Position numbers and translations under genes: made by a program
Shown here: one piece after another, positions 1 to 7,561 of the stretch
How positions within the stretch are numbered: the stretch's first letter is position 1
Layout: every line of letters starts with the position of its first letter
DNA from: an uncultured Candidatus Saccharibacteria bacterium
GTDB taxonomy: Bacteria; Patescibacteriota; Minisyncoccia; Phycocordibacterales; Phycocordibacteraceae
Length of the DNA: 37,027 nucleotides
Direction of reading: 5' to 3'
NCBI GenBank assembly: GCA_964357805.1
Contig: CAYHMS010000003.1
Coordinates: 1 to 37,027 of the forward strand
Notes under the pieces: model-generated
What the model was told of the DNA's origin: nothing
Seen by the model: only the letters and a program-made list of their open reading frames with translations
The model's database searches: none

Positions 1-95
1 GTGAGCGCCCCGCCGAAGAAACTCGTACCGCTGACATAACTCGTCCCGTGCACTGCGAAGCCCGCAGAGGGCGAAGTAGTGCCGATGCCGACGTT
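1..95. repeat. 95-bp exact repeat, copy 1 (starts at the window edge)
   Basis: Bases 1-95 (gtgagcgccccgccgaagaaactcg...gccgatgccgacgtt) are identical to 1786-1880. Both copies lie in the coding frame of the giant gene (GNVGIGTTSPSAGFAVHGTSYVSGTSFFGGAL). Confidence 0.9.
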
Positions 96-3000
96 CCCGC
101 TCGGGTTGATGTAGAGAGAGTTCGCGGAGGCCGCCTGATTCACCACCAGAGCGGCGTTGTTGCCCGCCGAGAAGCCGCCCGAGAAGGTACTCGTCGCCGT
201 TGTGCTTGTCGCGAGGAAATACGAGGCGCGGGCGTAGTCGCCGAAGTGCCCGATGCCTTCTACCGAGAGTTTGTAGGTCGGAGAGGTGGTCCCGATGCCG
301 ACGTTGCCGGTAGAGAGCGTGGTGTCCGTGCCGTCAAGTCCAGTAGCGAAAATCAAGTTACCAATGTTGAGCGTGTTCGCGCTATTCACGGCGGGAGTGT
401 CAATGTTGTAGCCGATGACGATGTTGTTACTGCCGGTGGTAAGTGTTTCCCCCGCGTAATTGCCCAGTAGTGTGTTGTTACCGCCGGAAGAAACAGCGGC
501 TCCAGCCCGATATCCTATTCCCAGATTATTAGAACCGGCATTCGCGTTAAGAGCGTAGGAGCCGATGCTGATACTGCTTGAAGGATTACTCTGCTGGTTT
601 GCTTGGTAGCCGATGGCGATATTATTACTGCCGGTAGTAAGGGCGAGAAGAGGACCGCCGCCGCCAACTGCGATATTGTTGGCGCCGGAGACATTGTTCT
701 GGAGGGCGAGGTAGCCAACCGCGAGATTGTCGTTGCCCGTGGTGTTGGAAAAGAGAGCTTTTGCGCCGAATGCGGCATTTTCGTTGCCAGTGGTGTTCGC
801 CTTTCCCGCATTCAGACCGACAAAAGTATTATTGAGCGTTGATGTACTTGCCCGCAATTCCAGCGACACATTGCCGAGCGGGTCGCGGAGCGTGATAATC
901 GGCGTGCTGGTGGCGGAGTTGGTTATGTCCAAGCGCGACGCGGGCGCCGTGTTCCCAATCCCGACGTTGCCGCTTGAATTCCAAATACCAGAACCGGGGA
1001 AATACGCGGTGTTTGAGACCGACAACTGCGTGGTGGAAGCGTTGCCGAGCGTGGAGAGGCCCGTAACATTCAGGGTTGAAGTGGCGGTAACCGCCCCGCC
1101 GACAAAGAGCGAACTGGAAATGTATCCCGTGCCGTGCACCGAGAGCAGTTGCGCCGGACTCGTCGTCCCGATGCCGACGTTGCCGTTCGATCTTATTCTC
1201 ATTTTTTCTCCACCTACTCCGGTAAAAATATAACCGTCATAACCTACCTCATCGCCATAGAAATACAAATATCCATCGGTTACATTCCTCCCAATATTAT
1301 AGCCTTGCGCGTTTGAACTATTTGCCAATCTGAAATTATAACCATCCCCAGCGACGCTTAATTTATATCCCGGACTCGTCGTCCCGATGCCGACGTTGCC
1401 TTGTATGATTAATCCATTTGACGGAGCCGCCGTCCCAGCGTACCCGATACCGACGCTCGCACCCCCCGCAAAGGCTGATTCACCCAACACACTTAACTTT
1501 GACACAGGACTCGTCGTCCCAATCCCGACGTTGCCTTGTATGATTAATCCGTTTGACGGAGCCGCCGTCCCCGCGTACCCGATACCAACGCTCGCTCCTC
1601 CCGCAAACGCTGATTCACCCAACACACTCAGTTTGCTCACCGGACTCGTCGTCCCGATGCCGACGTTGCCGCTACTATTCCATATCCCTGACCCCGGGAA
1701 ATACGCGGTGTTTGAGACCGACAACTGCGTGGTGGAAGCATTCGCCAGTGTAGTGAGACCCGTAACATTTAACGTTGACGTTGCCGTGAGCGCCCCGCCG
1801 AAGAAACTCGTACCGCTGACATAACTCGTCCCGTGCACTGCGAAGCCCGCAGAGGGCGAAGTAGTGCCGATGCCGACGTTGCCGGCAGATGTGATGTTAA
1901 AAAGGTAGCCGCCGCTGGAGGAGGCGATGCGGAAAATGTCGGCGGTTTGGCCGGCGACGGCTTTCAGGTCAAGCGTGGTGACTGACGTAGAAGCGGAGGC
2001 GTTTTCTATATAGAGCGGATGGTTGAACTCAAACCGCTCGCCGGCATTCCAGGTGAGGAGCGCGTTCGGCGATACGCTTCCGCGCTCAAAGGCGAGATAG
2101 GAGTTCTCGGTGTCGGCGGTGGCATTGTCCGAATTGATGGTGAACGTCTCCGCGACGAGATTGCCGCCGGTCAGGGTGCCCACGAGCGTGGTGGCGTTGA
2201 CTTCGTTGGCATAGATTTTGTCAAAGCGCACTCCTGCCGTGCCGATATCCACCGTGTCGTCCAAGGCCTGAATGTTCCCGATGATGGTATTGCTGCCGAT
2301 GCGGAGCGTTCCCGCCGACGCCGTGATGTCGTGATTGCCCGTGCCGGTGAAGGTGAGACCGGCGCCGGCGCCGGTCAGTACCGCGCCGGTGGTGCCGTCA
2401 AGCATGAAATTGCCGGATACCGCGAGGGCGCTTGAAGGCGAGGTGGTGCCGATGCCGACTAATCCTCCGTTCGTAACGATGAAATTCGTGGCGGTGGATG
2501 AACCGACGACGAAGGCGGGGCCGCTGATGCCGTTCGGGTTGACCGAAAGGAGTCCCCAGGGGCTGGTGGTCCCGAGCCCGAGGTTGCCGGAAGAATCAAT
2601 GCGCAGGCGCTCCGCGCCGCCGGTGGAGAGAGCGAGCGAGGAGGCGGCGGGCGACCAGAGGCCGGTCGTAAGGTCGCCCGCGAAGGTGTATGCGGGCGCC
2701 GCCGCGGCGCCGAGATTTGATGCGATGAAGTTGAGCGCGGTGGTCGTCGCAGTGGCGAGGATGGAGCCATCGGTCGTGTTCACCGCGCCGACGCCGAGCC
2801 CGCCGGTCAGGTATGCGGAGCCGTTTATGCTGAGCGTAGCCGAAGGCGAAGTCGAAGCGAGACCGACAAAGCCCGTGTTGCTTGATATGTACAAGAGTGG
2901 CGAGGAGGTGCCGACGGTGAGGAGACCGTCGCCGTAGGGCGTCGTGGTGCCGACCGAGAGGCGGCCCGCAAAGGTGCTGGTCGCGGTCGTGGAAGTGGCG

Positions 3001-4772
3001 GTGAAGTAGGGGGAGGAGATGGAGGTGCCGGCGGACACGACGGCGGGAGTGACGGTGCCCGAGACGGCGAGGTCGCCGGTAACGGTCGTCCCGCCGAGAG
3101 CCGTCGTGCCACCCGTGAGGTTAGTAAAGGTACCGGTTGTTGCAGACACCAAGATGCCGCTGGTAAGCGAGCCGCCACGAAAGTCGCCGTTGGTCACGAT
3201 GAGCTCGTTAAGCTTCTGTATCATATTGACTTGTTGGATGGTCGTTTGGTTGGTCACTACCTGACGGCTGACGGGCTGAAGCAGACCGGATACCGTTGCG
3301 AGGATGTCGGTGCGAAGTCCTGCGAGCGACTGATTCATAAAATCCTCGGAGATTCCTTTTACAATCGTGTTGTATGTGGGATACGAATTTACCGTTTGCT
3401 TTTGAGTGGAGGTCGCGATGGCGAGCGTAGGCTCAGGCGGGACGACACCGGGCAAAACGATGGTGGGCGCTGGAGCGAACAAGAACGCAAGTCCGCGATT
3501 CGCCGCGCTGAAGAAACTCTTAACCGTCTCGTAGGTGGCGAGCGCCACTTGTTGGCCGACTGTGAGTCCTTGAAGCACAGCGGCAACCTGATTGTTTGTT
3601 CGAAGTCGAACTTCAATTGAATTAAGTGCGAGAGCACCCTTGCCGAGTGCGCCGAGATACGCGTTTTGGACCGTGTCGGGCGCCGAAGCGATAAACAATC
3701 CCGCCGAATAAAAAACGTTTCGCGTTCCTTTTGCACTCTCATACGCGAGGCGGCCGGCAGCCGCAAGCGATGCGAGGTAGCCCTGCGACATGGTGTCGGT
3801 AAACGCTACGAAGCGGCGAGCCCCTGCATATTCTGCGTCGAAGACCGCGCCCGCGATACGCGGCGACATTTCTGCGACCCCGTAGGAAATCGCCACGTCA
3901 GCGCGTATCGCCGCGTGCGTCGCCTCAATGATTGCCGTGCCGAACGCGAGATTTGCTTGATTGACGAGGTGGGGTGTTTCTGCGAAGAGAAGCGGCAGCG
4001 AGGTGATGAACGCATACACATCACGTGCTGCCGTTTGTACATTTTTAAATGTAATCGGCGTGACCGAAAAAGAAATTGTTGATGGGAAAGAAGTAACACG
4101 AGGTTCGCGATGAGTACTAACAATCGCCAGGGGGAGTGGAGAGAAATCTAAGTCTGTAAGAAGCGATAACTTTGCTTCGCTAAAGTTACGCAGGGCAAGC
4201 GCGAGTGCACTCTTTGTTACAACGCGCGGAGCAATCTCATTCACTTCTATTCTCACGGCATCAATTCTCGATGCGATGCGTGACGGGATGCCGCCAAACG
4301 TATCAGAGAACCCGGAAGCGGCTTCGCGTACAATCACTGCCGCTTGATGTGCGAGCTGCGACACTGTCACTGCGCGCGCCGCGAATGCTCCGGAGACAAC
4401 CACCGCCGTCGCGAGTGAGAGCGCGAGAACCTGCCCCCATAACGGCCTATCGGACATAAGGGACATCTGCTGTCCAATACTTTTATGCAGCGTATGCAAG
4501 GGTGCATTAAGGACACGATGGAGCGGAAAACGATGTGCGCGATATTCAGCCTCGCGCGCACGCGCGAGCGCGCGCGCGTAATCGATCTTGCGACTCCCTT
4601 GCTCGTCGAGGAAGCGCGTCAACGACTCACTGTCGATAAGCCAACTGTGTCCGACCCTTCTGCCGATAATTTTTCCAGAACGCGCAAGGCGTGCAAGATA
4701 GTCCGAAGTGTAGCCGGATAGTTCTCCCGCATTTTTTGTCGTTATGAAATTTTTATCAAAGAGTGTATCCAT
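1..4772 (-). CDS. Giant membrane-anchored fibre/adhesin-like protein; 5' end complete, 3' end beyond the left edge (about 1590 codons in window)
   Basis: The minus frame opens at ATG 4772-4770 (MDTLFDKNFITTKNAGELSGYTSDYLARLARSGKIIGRRVGHSWLIDSESL...). It stayed open to position 3 in my hand translation. It is absent from the ORF track because it has no in-window stop, and no other ORF is listed in that minus frame across 4.7 kb. Domains: aa ~9-55 excisionase/MerR-type HTH; aa ~111-132 hydrophobic helix LWGQVLALSLATAVVVSGAFAA; an Ala-rich helical region; then at least 10 GNVGIGTTSP-x-KLSV units and NN(I/T)A(I/V)G head-like repeats. Confidence 0.8.
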   Translation of the reverse strand, partial: MDTLFDKNFITTKNAGELSGYTSDYLARLARSGKIIGRRVGHSWLIDSESLTRFLDEQGSRKIDYARALARAREAEYRAHRFPLHRVLNAPLHTLHKSIGQQMSLMSDRPLWGQVLALSLATAVVVSGAFAARAVTVSQLAHQAAVIVREAASGFSDTFGGIPSRIASRIDAVRIEVNEIAPRVVTKSALALALRNFSEAKLSLLTDLDFSPLPLAIVSTHREPRVTSFPSTISFSVTPITFKNVQTAARDVYAFITSLPLLFAETPHLVNQANLAFGTAIIEATHAAIRADVAISYGVAEMSPRIAGAVFDAEYAGARRFVAFTDTMSQGYLASLAAAGRLAYESAKGTRNVFYSAGLFIASAPDTVQNAYLGALGKGALALNSIEVRLRTNNQVAAVLQGLTVGQQVALATYETVKSFFSAANRGLAFLFAPAPTIVLPGVVPPEPTLAIATSTQKQTVNSYPTYNTIVKGISEDFMNQSLAGLRTDILATVSGLLQPVSRQVVTNQTTIQQVNMIQKLNELIVTNGDFRGGSLTSGILVSATTGTFTNLTGGTTALGGTTVTGDLAVSGTVTPAVVSAGTSISSPYFTATSTTATSTFAGRLSVGTTTPYGDGLLTVGTSSPLLYISSNTGFVGLASTSPSATLSINGSAYLTGGLGVGAVNTTDGSILATATTTALNFIASNLGAAAAPAYTFAGDLTTGLWSPAASSLALSTGGAERLRIDSSGNLGLGTTSPWGLLSVNPNGISGPAFVVGSSTATNFIVTNGGLVGIGTTSPSSALAVSGNFMLDGTTGAVLTGAGAGLTFTGTGNHDITASAGTLRIGSNTIIGNIQALDDTVDIGTAGVRFDKIYANEVNATTLVGTLTGGNLVAETFTINSDNATADTENSYLAFERGSVSPNALLTWNAGERFEFNHPLYIENASASTSVTTLDLKAVAGQTADIFRIASSSGGYLFNITSAGNVGIGTTSPSAGFAVHGTSYVSGTSFFGGALTATSTLNVTGLTTLANASTTQLSVSNTAYFPGSGIWNSSGNVGIGTTSPVSKLSVLGESAFAGGASVGIGYAGTAAPSNGLIIQGNVGIGTTSPVSKLSVLGESAFAGGASVGIGYAGTAAPSNGLIIQGNVGIGTTSPGYKLSVAGDGYNFRLANSSNAQGYNIGRNVTDGYLYFYGDEVGYDGYIFTGVGGEKMRIRSNGNVGIGTTSPAQLLSVHGTGYISSSLFVGGAVTATSTLNVTGLSTLGNASTTQLSVSNTAYFPGSGIWNSSGNVGIGNTAPASRLDITNSATSTPIITLRDPLGNVSLELRASTSTLNNTFVGLNAGKANTTGNENAAFGAKALFSNTTGNDNLAVGYLALQNNVSGANNIAVGGGGPLLALTTGSNNIAIGYQANQQSNPSSSISIGSYALNANAGSNNLGIGYRAGAAVSSGGNNTLLGNYAGETLTTGSNNIVIGYNIDTPAVNSANTLNIGNLIFATGLDGTDTTLSTGNVGIGTTSPTYKLSVEGIGHFGDYARASYFLATSTTATSTFSGGFSAGNNAALVVNQAASANSLYINPSGNVGIGTTSPSAGFAVHGTSYVSGTSFFGGAL
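1372..1641 (-). repeat. 2 x 135-bp tandem repeat inside the giant gene (45-aa unit)
   Basis: Units start with ggactcgtcgtccc at 1372 and 1507, and the next boundary is at 1642. The copies differ at roughly 15 nt, yet both translate to VSKLSVLGESAFAGGASVGIGYAGTAAPSNGLIIQGNVGIGTTSP. Confidence 0.9.
1786..1880. repeat. 95-bp exact repeat, copy 2
   Basis: Identical to 1-95. Identity ends at 96/1881 (c versus g). Confidence 0.9.
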
Positions 4773-5212
4773 GTCGGATATCCGAATTAACTAAATCATA
4801 CCTTATGTTTCCGGCGACCGGTGAGAAAAAATAATGGAGCGTGTGGATAAGATTTGGAAATTTTTGGCGAATATCCGGCTAAAAATTCGCCCTATACTAA
4901 TTTTTGCGCGTAGAGCCGCCTATACTCATGGGAATAACGCCTCGTATGGCCTCTCGCTGGCGTAAAAAGGACCCTCGCGGAGTCCAGTCGGAGACCTGAA
5001 GAACAATTCTGAAAAATAAAGCTGTAGAAATTCGTTTTTATCCGCCCACATCGCTTCACAAAGAAATTGTTTGGTCGTTTGCATACTAATTCAGACGCTA
5101 ATACTGATGCTGAAGTTTCTAAAATGCACCGTACCTGTTAGCTATATCGGATATGCGAAGTAAAAATATATCCTGAACACTGCGAAGCAATTTGGAACGT
5201 ATTTTTATACAC

Positions 5213-5245
5213 TTTTCGCACAATATTGAACACATTGTGCGAAAA
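5213..5245. repeat. Perfect 12-bp-stem inverted repeat in the non-coding gap (function unknown)
   Basis: ttttcgcacaat (5213-5224), a 9-nt loop, then attgtgcgaaaa (5234-5245). No clean U-tract follows on either strand. Confidence 0.6.
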
Positions 5246-5399
5246 TATGCGTTTAAAATCGCCTTTCCAAGCCGACGCTAAACATGCTCATGCCGTTTTA
5301 CGGCAAATAAGTCCCGAAGCGGCGTTTTTGGCAATTTAAATTCTTATCTGGATATATGTGTAAACTCGCCTATACAAGACGAGAAAATAGGTAAATAAG

Positions 5400-6080
5400 C
5401 TATTTATTATAGAATACAACTCCAGCTAATATACTTACTTGTCTATTCGAGAGTATATAGGTATCAAAATAACCGCTACCAAGAACTGCTGTAGTGGCTA
5501 AAATTACTGCAACAAGAGCTCCTGCAAGCTGCACCATTGGCATCACTATTGATTTCTTCCCTTTCCGTTCTTCCTGCTGTCGTATAGGTTCTTTTCTCGG
5601 TAGAAGCTCCTCTGGGGGGGCCTGATATATCGCCTTATATACCGTGCGAATGGGTATATTCACTTCTTTTTCGGGCTCTGGGACCGTGATTGGAGTTATT
5701 ATCGGTTCAATATCTCCAACACGGTCGAACCACGCGCGCCAAGAATCCTGTAAATGCTGTGAGAATTCTGACTCTTTTTCCTTGTCATCTTCCTCTCGCA
5801 ATCGATTTATCGAAGGAAGAAATTCATCTTTAGACGCCTCATAACGCGGCGCCTCCCACGTTGGTCTTTTTTCATTTTCTGTCGGTGGGGCATCCATTAC
5901 ATCGCCAAAGCGATGGTCTTTGATAGCCGATTCAAGCACATACCAACTACGCCCGACAAGACGCGCCGGCACTCGACCCTCCCGGCATAGCTGACCAATA
6001 TAATCCTTGGCGTATCCCGTTATTTTCGCGGCTCGCTTCGACGATACGTATTTCTTTTCCTCTATGAGAATCTCGTCCAT
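5400..6080 (-). CDS. Small excisionase/MerR-like HTH protein with a C-terminal TM anchor
   Basis: Track ORF 5400..6140. I prefer the ATG at 6080 (MDEILIEEKKYVSSKRAAKITGYAKDYIGQLCREGRVPARLVGRSWYVLESAI), because the longer form starts at TTG and overlaps the gatB stop. An acidic linker is followed by the hydrophobic helix VQLAGALVAVILATTAVLGSGYF near the C-terminus. Confidence 0.7.
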   Translation of the reverse strand: MDEILIEEKKYVSSKRAAKITGYAKDYIGQLCREGRVPARLVGRSWYVLESAIKDHRFGDVMDAPPTENEKRPTWEAPRYEASKDEFLPSINRLREEDDKEKESEFSQHLQDSWRAWFDRVGDIEPIITPITVPEPEKEVNIPIRTVYKAIYQAPPEELLPRKEPIRQQEERKGKKSIVMPMVQLAGALVAVILATTAVLGSGYFDTYILSNRQVSILAGVVFYNK

Positions 6081-6132
6081 ACTCGTAGTATAAGCATATC
6101 TCGGCTCGTAGGGAAGGGCTGTGCATAACCAC

Positions 6133-7560
6133 CTAATCAAGCTTCTCGATAAGCAATTTTTTGAAACTTTCTGGGTTCCCCGCCCCGCGGCTCTCCTTCA
6201 TCGCCTTCCCGATAAGGTACTGGAGTGCCGCCTGTTTGCCGCTCTTGTACTCCCCAACCGCCTTCGCCTCTGCAGCGATAACTTTATCCACCGCTTCCCC
6301 GAGCGCCGTGACATCGTGGACCTGTATGAGGCCTTGCTCCTTCGCTATGACGTCTGGGTCTCCGCCCTTTTCAACCATAATGAGCAAAGTGTCTTTTGCA
6401 CCGCGCGATGACAGATTGTGCGCGGCAAACATCCGTATAAGTTTTGCAAATGAAGCCGGTGTGGCATTCCCAGATTCTCCCGCGAGATCAGATATAAAAT
6501 AATTCGCCGCAAGCACGACAGGCTCATGTCCGCCATCAAGTTCTTTTACCACAGCATCAAAAAATACTCCGCGCGCGACGGAAGCAATGATACATTCAAC
6601 ATCCTCCGCCTTAAGACCGAATTTTGTATATCGCGCGCGCCGCTCCCACGGGAGTTCTGGCAAGGACGTGCGTATTGCTTCCGGCGAAAATTCAGAAATC
6701 TCTGAAAGGAACAGTTTCGGAAGGTCCGGCTCCGGGAAGTAGCGATAGTCGGCGCTCCCTTCTTTGAATCGCTGATGGAAGGTTTCCTGCTTCGCTTCGT
6801 CCCAACCGCGCGTCTCCTGCACCACCCTCTCTCCTGCTTTGATAAGCGCAGTTTGACGTTCTATTTCATAGGTAATCGCCCGTTCCACGGAACGGAATGA
6901 ATTTAAGTTTTTCACTTCGACTTTTGTTCCCAACAACGAAACAAGGTTCGACCTTGAGGATTCGGATTTAAGGTCGGACCTTGTTTCGCGCGCAACGCTC
7001 ACGTTTGCCTCTATCCGCATTTCCCCTTTCTCTAGATTCGCTTCGCCGGCACCAAGCGTACGCACAAGGAGCTGTAATTCGCGCGCAAAGCGTCCTGCGG
7101 TTTCTGCATCCTGTATCACCGGTTCGGTGACGAGCTCCATAAGCGGGATGCCGGCACGATTAAAATCCACCAATGACTTGTTTTGAGAATGTATCGAGCG
7201 GGCTGTATCCTCTTCAAGGTGCACGCGGGTGATGTCTACTCCCGCGAGTTTCCCGCCGGTAACCAGCGGATGAATATATTGGCTGATTTGATACCCCTTC
7301 GGAATATCCGGATAGAAATAACTCTTGCGGTCGAACTCGCTAAAGTCGGCGAGCGTCCCGCCCACGGCCGTACCGAGACGAAGAACATGACGTACCGCCT
7401 CCCGATTGATGACCGGCAGAGTCCCGGGATGCGCCATACAGACAGGACAGATATTTACATTTGGGCGCGTTTCATCTGGGTCGTTTTTTGAGTCGCAAAA
7501 CATCTTGGTTCGCGTCTTCAGCTCGGCATGTATTTCCAGCCCTATAGTGGGACGATACAT
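6133..7560 (-). CDS. gatB: Asp/Glu-tRNA(Asn/Gln) amidotransferase subunit B
   Basis: MYRPTIGLEIHAELKTRTKMFC...NICPVCMAHPGTLPV...VEVKNLNSFRSVERAI. Full-length GatB architecture with a C-terminal YqeY-like tail. Confidence 0.95.
   Translation of the reverse strand: MYRPTIGLEIHAELKTRTKMFCDSKNDPDETRPNVNICPVCMAHPGTLPVINREAVRHVLRLGTAVGGTLADFSEFDRKSYFYPDIPKGYQISQYIHPLVTGGKLAGVDITRVHLEEDTARSIHSQNKSLVDFNRAGIPLMELVTEPVIQDAETAGRFARELQLLVRTLGAGEANLEKGEMRIEANVSVARETRSDLKSESSRSNLVSLLGTKVEVKNLNSFRSVERAITYEIERQTALIKAGERVVQETRGWDEAKQETFHQRFKEGSADYRYFPEPDLPKLFLSEISEFSPEAIRTSLPELPWERRARYTKFGLKAEDVECIIASVARGVFFDAVVKELDGGHEPVVLAANYFISDLAGESGNATPASFAKLIRMFAAHNLSSRGAKDTLLIMVEKGGDPDVIAKEQGLIQVHDVTALGEAVDKVIAAEAKAVGEYKSGKQAALQYLIGKAMKESRGAGNPESFKKLLIEKLD
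6937..6988. repeat. 19-bp-stem inverted repeat (one mismatch) embedded in frame in gatB
   Basis: cgaaacaaggttcgacctt (6937-6955), a 14-nt loop, then aaggtcggaccttgtttcg (6970-6988). It encodes RETRSDLKSESSRSNLVS, within a loop that looks longer than in the GatB sequences I recall. Confidence 0.85.
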
Positions 7561-7561
7561 A

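Noticed and set aside
1-1880. The fibre-gene repeats as a diversity-generating retroelement VR/TR pair.
   Set aside because: Both copies are in frame within the same gene. The 95-bp pair is identical, and the 135-bp pair differs by mixed, all-synonymous substitutions with no adenine-specific pattern. No reverse transcriptase is in the window.
48-4721. Many 60-200-aa ORFs on the plus strand and in another minus frame (for example 727..1233, 1387..1824, 2335..2937, 2825..3178, 3389..3766, 3666..4082).
   Set aside because: All lie inside the single long minus-strand frame of the giant gene. Their products are low-complexity Pro/Arg/Ala-rich shadows typical of off-frame or antisense reading of GC-rich repeat DNA, with no recognisable motifs.
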